A stretch of DNA of 64,000 bases, taken from contig JAZKIF010000081.1 in assembly GCA_040385005.1 (NCBI GenBank), positions 18,518-82,517 on the forward strand, given 5' to 3'. The position numbers were made by a program, and so were the translations under genes. The notes under the pieces were generated by a model. The model saw nothing but the letters and a program-made list of their open reading frames with translations, was not told where the DNA came from and made no database searches. Source of the DNA: Pseudomonadota bacterium (GTDB taxonomy: Bacteria; Pseudomonadota; Gammaproteobacteria; Burkholderiales; Burkholderiaceae_C). How positions within the stretch are numbered: position 1 is the stretch's first letter; each line of letters starts with the position of its first letter. This document shows positions 9,361 to 18,621 of this stretch, one piece after another.

Positions 9361-9780
9361 ATGCGAATCTGGAAAAAACCCATCTCCATCGAGCTGCTGC
9401 ACGCCGCCCACAAGGACACCGCGCCCGAGCATCTCGGCATGGAATTCCTCGAAGTGGGCGACGATTTCATCCGCGCGCGCGTGCCGGTCGATGGGCGCAC
9501 GCGCCAGCCGTACGGCTTGCTTCACGGCGGCGTGTCGGTGGTGCTGGCCGAAACGCTGGGCTCGTGCGGCGGAATGTACTCGTGCCCCGAAGGACACCGC
9601 GTCGTCGGGCTGGACATCAATGCGAATCACCTGCGCGGCGCGAAGGAGGGGTGGGTGACCGGGATCACGCGGCCCATCCACATCGGCCGCTCGACGCATG
9701 TGTGGCAGATCGACCTGCACAACGACAAGGGCGAGGCCACCTGCGTCTCACGCCTGACGCTGGCGGTGCTGCAGGGCTGA
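9361..9780 (+). CDS. Hotdog-fold thioesterase (PaaI/MenI-like)
   Basis: RTRQPYGLLHGGVSVVLAETLGS, VGLDINANHLR, HIGRSTHVW. Confidence 0.92.
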   Translation: MRIWKKPISIELLHAAHKDTAPEHLGMEFLEVGDDFIRARVPVDGRTRQPYGLLHGGVSVVLAETLGSCGGMYSCPEGHRVVGLDINANHLRGAKEGWVTGITRPIHIGRSTHVWQIDLHNDKGEATCVSRLTLAVLQG

Positions 9781-9782
9781 TG

Positions 9783-9812
9783 AGGCCTGGCCCGGCGATG
9801 CCGGCCGGGCCT
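9783..9812. terminator. GC-rich hairpin between convergent genes
   Basis: AGGCCTGGCCCGGC-GAT-GCCGGCCGGGCCT imperfect stem between the thioesterase and pduO stop codons. Confidence 0.5.
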
Positions 9813-10372
9813 TATTCCTTGCGCGCGAGCCGCTCGCTTTTCCAATAGACGTCGTCGCCGCCGTTCATGCGGTTGAGCCCGCGGGCCAGCACGAACAGCA
9901 GGTCGCTCAAGCGGTTGAGGTACTGGCGCGGCGTTTCACGCAAGTTCTCTGTTGCGCCCAGCGCGACCACGGCGCGTTCAGCCCGGCGCGCCACGGTGCG
10001 GCACACATGGGCTTGCGACGCCGCGCGATTTCCGGCGGGCAGGATGAATTCCTCCAGCTTCGGCAAACGGCCGTTGTAATTGGCCAGCGCATCGTCGAGC
10101 GCGAGCACCGCCTCGGGCTTGAGCAGCTCGAACCCGGGAATCGACAACTCGCCGCCGAGGTTGAAGAGCTGGTGCTGGATCTCCACCAGCAGGTCGCGCA
10201 CGCCCTCTTCCATCTCCTCGCACAGCAGCACGCCGATGTGCGAGTTCAACTCGTCGACATCGCCCATCGCGTGCACCCGCAAGTTGTCCTTGGACACGCG
10301 TGTGTTGTCGCCCAGGCCCGTGGTGCCGTTGTCGCCGGTGCGCGTCGCGATCTGTGTGAGGCGTTTGCCCAT
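9812..10372 (-). CDS. Cob(I)yrinic acid a,c-diamide adenosyltransferase (PduO type)
   Basis: IATRTGDNGTTGL, GDVDELNS, FILPAG, HVCRTVARRAER, YLNRLSDLLF; start set at MGKRLTQ. Confidence 0.93.
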   Translation of the reverse strand: MGKRLTQIATRTGDNGTTGLGDNTRVSKDNLRVHAMGDVDELNSHIGVLLCEEMEEGVRDLLVEIQHQLFNLGGELSIPGFELLKPEAVLALDDALANYNGRLPKLEEFILPAGNRAASQAHVCRTVARRAERAVVALGATENLRETPRQYLNRLSDLLFVLARGLNRMNGGDDVYWKSERLARKE

Positions 10373-10534
10373 GATGGTTGTTCCCGCTGAGTCTGCTTTG
10401 TAGCTCCGTTGATTGTGCGTCACCTCGGCCGCGCCCTGGTCCTACAGTGGATTCCGCCAATGGCGTCGACCGGCGGAGGCTTCGATAGGCACCATGGCAC
10501 AAGCGGGGCTTGCCGCCCCATGCAGGGACACGCC

Positions 10535-11116
10535 ATGACAACTTCATCCATCCTTCGACATTCGTTGCGCTTGGGCTTCGTCGCCGCATTGCTGGCGGGC
10601 ACGTGGGCGAACGCGCAGACCAACCGCTCGGTGCGGGTCGCGCCTGCGCCTGCGCCAGCCGCGAATTCCGGCGCCGGCGCTGCTGCCGCAAAGTCGTTCG
10701 GCATGCCCAATCCATCCGGCCTTCAGTCGCAATTCCCTGGCGGACTGCCTTCGCCCTCCGCGAATCCCGGAGGCCTGCCCGATCCTACGATCCCGAATGT
10801 CTCGGTGCCAGGCGTCGCAGCAGGCAGCCCGGTTGTCGATCCTGGCGTCGCACAGGGCTATCCTGCAGCCGGCGGTGGTGGTGGCGGCTATGTAGTCGGC
10901 GGCGTCGCCGGGCGCACGACGGCAGCCCCCGTGCAAGGCGGCTACACCGCCATGCAGATCGCGGGCTCGTTCATCGGCGCCGACGCAAATCGCGACGGTG
11001 ATCTGACGCGCGCGGAAGCGCAGCGCCTGACCGTCGCGCCTTACAGCTTCGAGGAGATGGACGCCAACCATGACGATGTGCTGTCACGTTCGGAGTACGA
11101 AAATGCGTTGCGCTGA
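10535..11116 (+). CDS. Secreted Pro/Gly-rich protein with C-terminal EF-hand pair
   Basis: Signal-like N-terminus ending ANA-Q; PGGLP repeats; DANRDGDLTRAE and DANHDDVLSRSE loops. Confidence 0.75.
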   Translation: MTTSSILRHSLRLGFVAALLAGTWANAQTNRSVRVAPAPAPAANSGAGAAAAKSFGMPNPSGLQSQFPGGLPSPSANPGGLPDPTIPNVSVPGVAAGSPVVDPGVAQGYPAAGGGGGGYVVGGVAGRTTAAPVQGGYTAMQIAGSFIGADANRDGDLTRAEAQRLTVAPYSFEEMDANHDDVLSRSEYENALR

Positions 11117-11435
11117 GATGCTGCTGGCGGCGCTCACCGCCCTCCTGCTCCCTCACGCCGCGGTCTTCGCGCAAGCGGTCGCGGCGCCTGCGGCATCGAC
11201 CGCATCGCTGCCCGTGGTGCCCGTCGCGCCCGCCACGCAGCCGCTGCCGCCGAATCAATGGAATGCCGCGCAGGCCCGCCAGGCGTTCGATTTGGCCGAC
11301 GGCAATTCGGATGGCCAGTTGTCGCGGCAGGAAGCGCAGAGCCTGGTTATCCTGCCACGCAGCTTCGAGGACATGGACCAGAACAAGGACGGCGTGATCA
11401 GCCGCGCGGAGTTCGAGGCATCGTTCGCGCGCTAG
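11103..11435 (+). CDS. Secreted EF-hand protein
   Basis: Signal peptide (AVFA-Q); DGNSDGQLSRQE and DQNKDGVISRAE loops; start could be 11118. Confidence 0.75.
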   Translation: MRCAEMLLAALTALLLPHAAVFAQAVAAPAASTASLPVVPVAPATQPLPPNQWNAAQARQAFDLADGNSDGQLSRQEAQSLVILPRSFEDMDQNKDGVISRAEFEASFAR

Positions 11436-11541
11436 ACCGCGTGGACGAGTGCGGCGAGGCCCCGTCAGGAGCCAGACAGGGCATGCGTGGCGCTGCTGCG
11501 CCCATAAGGCTTACACTGGCGCGGACTCACGGAGACAGACC

Positions 11542-12966
11542 ATGAATGCGCCCACCGCCGCCTCTCACCTCATCCCCGAAATCCACCAGCGCGCCGTACC
11601 CGCCGCACTGATCGATGCGCTCAAGACGCGCTTCGCCGCGCAATGTTCCACGGCGCTCGCGGTTCGCGAACAACACGGTCGAGACGAGTCGTCGTTCGAG
11701 GCGCCGCCCCCCGCCGCCGTGGTCTTCGCCGAGTCCACGCAGGACGTCGCCGATGCGGTGCGCCTCGCGAGCGAGCATTCCGTCCCCGTGATTCCCTTCG
11801 GCGTCGGTTCGTCGCTCGAAGGTCACCTGCTCGCGGTGCAAGGCGGCATCAGCATCGATGTGAGCCGCATGAACAAGGTGCTGTCCATCGACTCCGACGA
11901 CCTGACCGTCACCGTGCAGCCCGGCGTCACGCGCAAGCAGCTCAACGAAGCGGTGAAGAGCACCGGCCTCTTCTTTCCGATCGATCCCGGCGCCGACGCG
12001 ACCATCGGTGGCATGAGCGCGACGCGCGCCAGCGGGACGAACGCGGTTCGCTACGGCACGATGCGGGAGAACGTGTTGAGCCTCGAAGTGGTCACCGCCT
12101 CGGGCGAAGTGATCCGCACCGGCACACGCGCAAAGAAGTCCAGCGCCGGCTATGACTTGACGCGCCTGATGGTCGGCAGCGAAGGCACGCTGGGCGTCAT
12201 TACCGAAGTCACGGTGCGGCTCTACCCGCTGCCCGAAGCGATCTCCGCCGCGATCTGCTCGTTCCCGAGCATCGAGGCCGCGGTGCGCACCACGATCCAG
12301 ATCATCCAGCTCGGCGTTCCGATCGCGCGCGTCGAGCTCATCGACCACAACACGGTGCGCATGGTGAATGCGCACAGCAAGCTCGGCCTGCGCGAGGAGC
12401 CGATGCTGCTGATGGAGTTCCACGGCTCGCCCGCGGGCGTGAAGGAGCAGGCCGAGACCGTGCAGGAGATCGCGAGTGAGTTCGGCGGCAATTCTTTCGA
12501 ATGGGCCACGACGCCCGAGGAGCGTACGCGTTTGTGGACCGCGCGGCACAACGCGTACTTCGCGGCGATCCAGTCCAGGCCCGGCTGCCGTGCAATTTCC
12601 ACCGACACCTGTGTACCGATCTCGCGCCTGGCCGATTGCCTGCTCGACTCGGTGAAGGAAGCCGATGCGAGTGGCATCCCCTACTTCCTGGTGGGCCACG
12701 TCGGCGACGGCAATTTCCACTTCGGCTATCTCATCGACCCGGCGAAGCCCGAAGAGCGCGAGGCCGCCGAGAAGCTCAATCACGCGCTGGTATCGCGCGC
12801 ACTGGACCTTGAAGGCACTTGCACCGGCGAGCACGGCGTCGGCCTGCACAAGATGGAGTTCCTGGTGACCGAAACAGGCGCGGGCGCGGTCGACATGATG
12901 CGCACGATCAAGCGCGCGTTGGACCCGAAGAACATCATGAACCCCGGAAAGATTTTCTCGATCTAG
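11542..12966 (+). CDS. FAD-linked oxidase, D-lactate dehydrogenase (GlcD/DLD family)
   Basis: PFGVGSSLEGH, DPGADATIGGM, GYDLTRLMVGSEGTLG, GHVGDGNFH, GEHGVG, MNPGK; GGAG RBS. Confidence 0.9.
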   Translation: MNAPTAASHLIPEIHQRAVPAALIDALKTRFAAQCSTALAVREQHGRDESSFEAPPPAAVVFAESTQDVADAVRLASEHSVPVIPFGVGSSLEGHLLAVQGGISIDVSRMNKVLSIDSDDLTVTVQPGVTRKQLNEAVKSTGLFFPIDPGADATIGGMSATRASGTNAVRYGTMRENVLSLEVVTASGEVIRTGTRAKKSSAGYDLTRLMVGSEGTLGVITEVTVRLYPLPEAISAAICSFPSIEAAVRTTIQIIQLGVPIARVELIDHNTVRMVNAHSKLGLREEPMLLMEFHGSPAGVKEQAETVQEIASEFGGNSFEWATTPEERTRLWTARHNAYFAAIQSRPGCRAISTDTCVPISRLADCLLDSVKEADASGIPYFLVGHVGDGNFHFGYLIDPAKPEEREAAEKLNHALVSRALDLEGTCTGEHGVGLHKMEFLVTETGAGAVDMMRTIKRALDPKNIMNPGKIFSI

Positions 12967-13886
12967 CCGCGCAGCTTGTCGATCAACCCGTTGAGTTCTT
13001 CCAGCGACCCGAACTGGATCGCGACCTCACCCATTTCCTCGACGCGGCCGTTTCGCTTCACGCGTTTTTTCAAGCGCACTTCGACTTCGGCGGTGAGCAG
13101 GTCCGAGAGCTCTTCCTCCACACGCCGCAGGTCGCGTGATTTTTCCTTCTTCGGTTTCGGCGATGTGAGGTTGAACTCCGCGCTGAGCTTCTTCACCAGC
13201 GATTCGGTTTCGCGCACCGACAACTTCTTCGCCGCGATGCGGTTCGCCGCGGTGATCTGGCTCGCGCGCTCGAGCGCGAGCAAAGCCCGCGCATGGCCCA
13301 TGTCGATGTCGCCGGCCATCAGCATCGTCTGCACCGGGTCGGCGAGATTCAGCAGGCGCAGCAGATTGCTGGCGGCGCTGCGTGACCGGCCCACGGCTTG
13401 CGCGGCCTGTTCGTGCGTGAGGCCGAACTCCTTCACGAGCCGCTGCAGGCCGTGCGCCTCTTCGAGCGGGTTCAGGTCCTCGCGCTGGATGTTCTCGATG
13501 AGCGACATCGCCGCCGCGGATTCGTCCGGCACGTCCCGAACGAGCACGGGAACACTGTCCAGTCCGGCTAGCTTCGCGGCGCGGAAGCGCCGCTCGCCGG
13601 CGATGATTTCGTATTTCCCGGAGTTGTCGCCTTGCGCGAGCTTGCGCACGAGGATCGGCTGCATGATGCCCTGCGCCTTGATGCTCTCCGCGAGTTCGTA
13701 GAGCGCGCCCTCGTCCATGCGCGTGCGCGGCTGGTACATGCCGGGCACCATGTCGGTAAGCATCAGCGATGCAGGCAATCCGGGGGTCGCTGAATTTGCT
13801 TCGGCGGCCGCGCCGCTTTCCTGCGCCGTGGGGCCGAGGAGTGCTTCGAGACCGCGTCCGAGGCCTTTTGGTTTTTTCGTGACCAT
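12963..13886 (-). CDS. parB: Chromosome partitioning protein ParB
   Basis: KGLGRGLEALL, YQPR, IIAGERRFRAA, ENIQREDLNPLEEA. Confidence 0.97.
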   Translation of the reverse strand: MVTKKPKGLGRGLEALLGPTAQESGAAAEANSATPGLPASLMLTDMVPGMYQPRTRMDEGALYELAESIKAQGIMQPILVRKLAQGDNSGKYEIIAGERRFRAAKLAGLDSVPVLVRDVPDESAAAMSLIENIQREDLNPLEEAHGLQRLVKEFGLTHEQAAQAVGRSRSAASNLLRLLNLADPVQTMLMAGDIDMGHARALLALERASQITAANRIAAKKLSVRETESLVKKLSAEFNLTSPKPKKEKSRDLRRVEEELSDLLTAEVEVRLKKRVKRNGRVEEMGEVAIQFGSLEELNGLIDKLRG

Positions 13887-13893
13887 ATCGAGA

Positions 13894-14433
13894 TTAGTCT
13901 TTCATCAGATCTTGCAGTAGCACATGTCCTTCGGGCCAGCTCGCGAGCCCCGATTCGGCGTTGATGTGCCCGCAGTCGCCGTAGTCCATGAACTGCGAAT
14001 TCCAGGCGTGGGCAAAGAGGCGCGTACGTTCGAACTCGCAATACGGGTCGTTGCGGCTCCCGAGAAGCACGCTCGGGAACGGCAGCGTGGACAACTCGAT
14101 CGGCGACCAGGTCGGGATCTGCTCGCGGATGTCGGCACGCTCCACGTCGCCGGGCGCGACGAGCAAGGCGGCCTTCACGCGATGCGCGTTCTTCGACACG
14201 CCCGCCCACGCGGCGGTGAGGATGCAACCCAGGCTGTGCGCCACGAGGACGGCGGGCTCGTCGCGGGAGAGCACCATTTCCTCCAGGCGCGTGATCCAGT
14301 CGCCGCGCAAGGGCTTCATCCAGTCGTGCTGCTCCACGCGGACATAGCCGTGCCGCTTTTCCCAAAGGCTTTGCCAGTGCTGCGCACCGCTCCCCTCCCA
14401 GCCGGGCAGGATCAAGACGTTCGATGGCTTCAT
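13894..14433 (-). CDS. RBBP9/YdeN family alpha/beta hydrolase
   Basis: LPGWEGSGAQHWQ, VAHSLGC, SRNDPY, GHINAESG. Confidence 0.92.
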   Translation of the reverse strand: MKPSNVLILPGWEGSGAQHWQSLWEKRHGYVRVEQHDWMKPLRGDWITRLEEMVLSRDEPAVLVAHSLGCILTAAWAGVSKNAHRVKAALLVAPGDVERADIREQIPTWSPIELSTLPFPSVLLGSRNDPYCEFERTRLFAHAWNSQFMDYGDCGHINAESGLASWPEGHVLLQDLMKD

Positions 14434-14435
14434 TT

Positions 14436-14452
14436 GCTATGAAATAAATAGC
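14436..14452. repeat. AT-rich short palindrome GCTAT-N7-ATAGC
   Basis: GCTATGAAATAAATAGC in the parA-ydeN gap; resembles a dispersed intergenic palindrome I recall from Comamonadaceae genomes. Confidence 0.4.
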
Positions 14453-14477
14453 TTCAAAGTGAATGCTGGAGCGGCTC

Positions 14478-15248
14478 TCACATCTTCCGGATGCGTTCGA
14501 CCATCTCGTTCGCGAATTCCACGAAGGCGACGCTACCGCGCGCGGACGGATCGAAGATCACGCCCGGCAATCCGTAACTCGGGGCTTCAGCCAAGCGGAC
14601 GTTGCGGGGAATGACGGTGTTGAACACCTTGTCGCCGAAGTGCGACTTGAGCTGGTCGCTCACCTGCTGCTGCAAGGTAATGCGCGGATCGAACATCACG
14701 CGCAGCAGGCCGATGATCTGCAAGTCCTTGTTCATGTTGGCGTGGACTTGCTTGATCGTGTTGACCAGGTCGGTGAGTCCTTCCAGGGCGAAGTACTCGC
14801 ACTGCATCGGGACGATCACGCCGTGCGCAGAACACAGGCCATTGAGAGTGAGCATGGAAAGCGACGGCGGGCAGTCGATCAGGACGAAGTCGTAGTCGTT
14901 CGCCACTTCGGCCAGTGCGAGCTTCAGGCGCTGGTCGCGGTGCTCGAGTTGCACGAGCTCGACCTCGGCGCCGGCCAAATCCCGGTTGGACCCGAGGACG
15001 TCATAACCGCACTTCTCGCTGCGGACCTTCGCCTCGGCGATGGAGGCGGACTCCAGCAACACGTCGTAGACAGAGAGTTCGAGCTTGCGCTTGTCGATGC
15101 CCGATCCCATGGTGGCATTGCCCTGAGGATCCAGGTCGACCATCAGCACGCGCTGGCCGACCTTGGCCAGGCCTGCGGCGAGATTCACCGTTGTCGTGGT
15201 TTTGCCAACCCCACCCTTCTGGTTGGCCACGCAGAATATTTTCGCCAA
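14478..15248 (-). CDS. parA: Chromosome partitioning ATPase ParA (Soj)
   Basis: ANQKGGVGKTTT, DLDPQGNAT, IDCPPSL, PMQCEYFALEG, IPRNVRLAEAPSYG; TTG start. Confidence 0.97.
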   Translation of the reverse strand: MAKIFCVANQKGGVGKTTTTVNLAAGLAKVGQRVLMVDLDPQGNATMGSGIDKRKLELSVYDVLLESASIAEAKVRSEKCGYDVLGSNRDLAGAEVELVQLEHRDQRLKLALAEVANDYDFVLIDCPPSLSMLTLNGLCSAHGVIVPMQCEYFALEGLTDLVNTIKQVHANMNKDLQIIGLLRVMFDPRITLQQQVSDQLKSHFGDKVFNTVIPRNVRLAEAPSYGLPGVIFDPSARGSVAFVEFANEMVERIRKM

Positions 15249-15263
15249 AGTTCTACGCCTTCA

Positions 15264-15878
15264 TCATTTGGAAAGGGCCAGCTTGATGCCGAAGCCCAGC
15301 AGAAAAACACCGGCAATCTTTTCCAGGATGCGGGCGATCAAGGGGTTCGCACGCATGCGCTCGGCGAGGTGATGCGTCAGCAGCACGACGGTCAGACCGT
15401 ACAGGAAAGTGAGCGAGGCGATGGTCGCGGCCATCACGCCAAAAGTCAGCATGCCCTGATGCCGCGCCGGATCGACGAACAGCGGAAAGAAGGCCATGTA
15501 GAAGACGATGGCCTTCGGGTTCAGCAAGGTGATCAGGCCCGCCTGCTTGAAGTAGTGATGCGGCTGGATATTCAGGATCGGCTTTTGGCCCGGCTTGGCG
15601 AGGATCATCTTGACGCCCAGCCACGCCAGGTAGGCGGCGCCCATCCACTGGACGGCATGAAAGGCTGTCGGGTAGGCGGACAGTAGCGCGGCCACGCCTG
15701 CGACGGCGGCCCACATCAAGACCTGATCGCCGGCAATCACGCCGAAGGTTGCGGCCAACCCACCTTTGATGCCGCCCTTGCTGGTGGACGTGATCAGCGC
15801 CAGGTTGCCCGGGCCGGGAATTGCCAGAAAAATGATGATCGCGGCAACAAAAGCGCCGTAGTCCGCTACGCCAAACAT
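15264..15878 (-). CDS. LysE/RhtB family amino-acid exporter (LeuE-like)
   Basis: IPGPGN, GAAYLAWLG, LLNPKAIVFY. Confidence 0.9.
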   Translation of the reverse strand: MFGVADYGAFVAAIIIFLAIPGPGNLALITSTSKGGIKGGLAATFGVIAGDQVLMWAAVAGVAALLSAYPTAFHAVQWMGAAYLAWLGVKMILAKPGQKPILNIQPHHYFKQAGLITLLNPKAIVFYMAFFPLFVDPARHQGMLTFGVMAATIASLTFLYGLTVVLLTHHLAERMRANPLIARILEKIAGVFLLGFGIKLALSK

Positions 15879-15906
15879 GGTGTCCCCGGGGATTGGAAGG
15901 CCGAGT

Positions 15907-16557
15907 TTACGTTACCGCCGAGGCACGTTTCATCCAGACGAGGCAACGCTCGGCATTCAGCGATGGAACGTCGAGTTGTTCCACGTGAAACACCTGCACG
16001 GCCGGCGGTAATTGTGCGATTTCGTCAGATGGATGCTTCCCCTTCATGGCCAACCAGACGCCCTGCGGGCGCAACGCCTTCTCGGACCAGCTGACGAAAT
16101 CGACCAGCGAAGCGAAGGCGCGCGAAGTCACGACGTCATACGCGCAGTCCAGGCTTTCCACCCGTGCGTGCAGTCCGCGCAGGTTCAGCAAGCCCAGCGT
16201 GACGGTCGCTTGCTGGATGAACGCCGCCTTCTTGGCCACCGTGTCCACGCAGTCGACGCTGAGTTCGGGGCAGCAGATGGCCAGGACAATGCCCGGCAGT
16301 CCCGCACCCGAACCGACATCCAGCACGGCCGAAGCGCGGCCTTCGGTTTGCTTCCGAAGCGAGTCGATCACGGCAAGACAATCCAGCAGGTGCTGGCTCA
16401 CCATCTCTTGCGGGTCCCGCACGGCGGTCAGGTTGTAGACCTTGTTCCATTTCTGGATGAGGTCCAGATAGGTCAGCAGTTGAGTGACCTGCTGATCGGA
16501 CAAGGCCAGCTGAAGCTTGGCCAGCCCTTCCCTCAACACCGCCTCATGGGCACTCAT
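15907..16557 (-). CDS. rsmG: 16S rRNA m7G527 methyltransferase
   Basis: [32 protein letters not shown]; directly downstream of mnmG. Confidence 0.96.
   Translation of the reverse strand: MSAHEAVLREGLAKLQLALSDQQVTQLLTYLDLIQKWNKVYNLTAVRDPQEMVSQHLLDCLAVIDSLRKQTEGRASAVLDVGSGAGLPGIVLAICCPELSVDCVDTVAKKAAFIQQATVTLGLLNLRGLHARVESLDCAYDVVTSRAFASLVDFVSWSEKALRPQGVWLAMKGKHPSDEIAQLPPAVQVFHVEQLDVPSLNAERCLVWMKRASAVT
15977..15992. promoter_or_regulatory. parS: parS centromere site (TGTTCCACGTGAAACA) inside rsmG
   Basis: One mismatch to the palindromic consensus TGTTTCACGTGAAACA; encodes VFHVEQ of RsmG. Confidence 0.85.
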
Positions 16558-18503
16558 TGCCCAGCCGCAGCGCCGGCGGTCTCGGCAAGCAAGCCTTTGA
16601 ACTTGGTCTTCTTGAGATGGACGAGCAGCAGCGAGATCGCGGCCGGCGTCACCCCGGAGATCCGAGACGCCATGCCCAGCGTTTCCGGCCGGTGCTTGTT
16701 GAGCTTCTGGCGCACTTCGATCGAGAGCGCGGTGACCTGCATATAGTCCAGGTCCGCCGGCAACTTCAGGCCCTCGTAATGGGATGATCTTTCCACCTCA
16801 TCCTTTTGCCGCTCGATATAGCCCGAATACTTGGCGGCAATCTCGATCTGCTCGACCACCGGCTCGAACAGCTCGCCCAGCTCGGCCGCCGAAACCTCAG
16901 GGTTTGCGTAGACACCGCCGTCCAGCGACATCAGAGCGGCGTATCCCACATCCGGTCGGCGCAACAGATCGCCCAGGTTGTATTCGTGTTCGATGGCCTT
17001 GCCCAGCACTCGCTCGGATTCGGCAGCCGGCAAATTCTTTGGGTTGACCCAGAGACTGCCGAGCCGCTGTGTTTCACGTGAAACAGCATCGCGCTTGCGG
17101 CTGAACGAATCCCACCGGGCGTCATCCACCAAGCCCAGCCGGCGGCCGGTTTCGGTCAATCGGAGATCGGCGTTGTCCTCCCGCAGCTGCAGCCGGAACT
17201 CAGCCCGGCTGGTGAACATGCGGTACGGCTCAGTCACGCCTTTGGTGATGAGGTCGTCCACCAGCACACCCAGATACGCCTCGTCACGGCGCGGAACCCA
17301 CGCCTCCTCGTCCCGGCATTTCAGTGCTGCGTTGATCCCGGCAAACAAGCCTTGCGCCGCCGCCTCTTCATAACCGGTCGTCCCGTTGATCTGCCCTGCA
17401 AAGAAGAGGCCTTCGATCGACCGCGTCTCGAAGCTGCTCTTGAGCGAGCGAGGGTCAAAATAGTCGTACTCGATGGCGTAGCCCGGGCGCAGGATGTGCG
17501 CGTTCTCCAGCCCCGCCATGCTGCGCACCAGCTGGTACTGGATGTCGAACGGCAGGCTGGTCGAGATGCCGTTGGGGTAGACCTCGTGCGTGGTCAGGCC
17601 CTCGGGCTCCAGGAAGATCTGGTGGCTGTCCTTGTCGGCGAAGCGGTTGATCTTGTCCTCGACGCTCGGGCAGTACCGCGGCCCGACCCCTTCGATCTTT
17701 CCGGTGAACATCGGGCTGCGGTCGAAGCCGGATCGGATGATGTCGTGCGTACGCTCGTTGGTGTGCGTGATCCAGCAAGGCATTTGCCGCGGGTGCATGG
17801 CCGCGTTGCCCATGAAGCTGAACACCGGGATCGGATCGAGATCGCCCGGCTGTTCCTCGCACTTCGAAAAATCGATGGTGCGTCCGTCGAGCCGCGGCGG
17901 CGTGCCGGTCTTCAGGCGTGCCTGCGGGAGTTTCAATTCCTTGAGACGCGCCGACAACGAGATGGCCGGCGGGTCGCCCGCACGTCCCGCCTGGTAGTTG
18001 TTCAGGCCGACATGAATGCGGCCGTCCAGGAACGTCCCAGCCGTGAGAACCACGGCCCGTCCACTGAAGCGAATGCCCACTTGCGTTACAGCCCCCGTTA
18101 CACGGTTGCCCTCCACAACCAGGTCATCGACGGCCTGCTGGAACAACGTGAGGTTCGGCTGGTTTTCCAGGCGCCGCCGAATCGCGGCCTTGTACAGAAT
18201 CCGATCCGCCTGGGCGCGGGTGGCCCGCACGGCCGGCCCCTTGGATCCGTTCAGGATGCGGAACTGGATGCCTCCCTCATCGGTCGCAATCGCCATCGCA
18301 CCGCCGAGCGCATCCACTTCCCTGACCAAGTGTCCCTTGCCGATCCCGCCGATCGACGGGTTGCAGCTCATCTGCCCGAGCGTCTCGATGTTGTGCGTGA
18401 GCAGCAAGGTCTTGCATCCCATGCGCGCGGCCGCGAGGGCGGCCTCGGTCCCGGCATGGCCGCCGCCGACGACGATCACGTCGAATTGTTCGGGATAGAG
18501 CAT
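16554..18503 (-). CDS. mnmG: tRNA uridine-5-carboxymethylaminomethyl modification enzyme MnmG (GidA)
   Basis: [64 protein letters not shown]. Confidence 0.98.
   Translation of the reverse strand: MLYPEQFDVIVVGGGHAGTEAALAAARMGCKTLLLTHNIETLGQMSCNPSIGGIGKGHLVREVDALGGAMAIATDEGGIQFRILNGSKGPAVRATRAQADRILYKAAIRRRLENQPNLTLFQQAVDDLVVEGNRVTGAVTQVGIRFSGRAVVLTAGTFLDGRIHVGLNNYQAGRAGDPPAISLSARLKELKLPQARLKTGTPPRLDGRTIDFSKCEEQPGDLDPIPVFSFMGNAAMHPRQMPCWITHTNERTHDIIRSGFDRSPMFTGKIEGVGPRYCPSVEDKINRFADKDSHQIFLEPEGLTTHEVYPNGISTSLPFDIQYQLVRSMAGLENAHILRPGYAIEYDYFDPRSLKSSFETRSIEGLFFAGQINGTTGYEEAAAQGLFAGINAALKCRDEEAWVPRRDEAYLGVLVDDLITKGVTEPYRMFTSRAEFRLQLREDNADLRLTETGRRLGLVDDARWDSFSRKRDAVSRETQRLGSLWVNPKNLPAAESERVLGKAIEHEYNLGDLLRRPDVGYAALMSLDGGVYANPEVSAAELGELFEPVVEQIEIAAKYSGYIERQKDEVERSSHYEGLKLPADLDYMQVTALSIEVRQKLNKHRPETLGMASRISGVTPAAISLLLVHLKKTKFKGLLAETAGAAAGQ
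17070..17085. promoter_or_regulatory. parS: parS centromere site (perfect TGTTTCACGTGAAACA) inside mnmG
   Basis: Perfect 16-bp palindrome equal to the chromosomal parS consensus; encodes AVSRET of MnmG. Confidence 0.92.
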
Positions 18504-18621
18504 AGGAAGGAGCGCCGGAGATGGCCCCAGGCAGTTGGAGGGCCCTGATTTTACCGGGGCCCTTCTTTCCTGGCTGGAGTCGGTTTATAGAAGCGGGCGC
18601 CGGCGGATCGCCCTCGCCCGC

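Noticed and set aside
13894-15878. lysE and ydeN inserted in the mnmG-rsmG-parAB operon as a novelty
   Set aside because: As I recall this arrangement is common in Comamonadaceae, so it is not unusual.
18504-18621. Possible oriC upstream of mnmG (as in E. coli)
   Set aside because: The gap is about 120 bp with no TTATCCACA DnaA boxes or AT-rich unwinding element.
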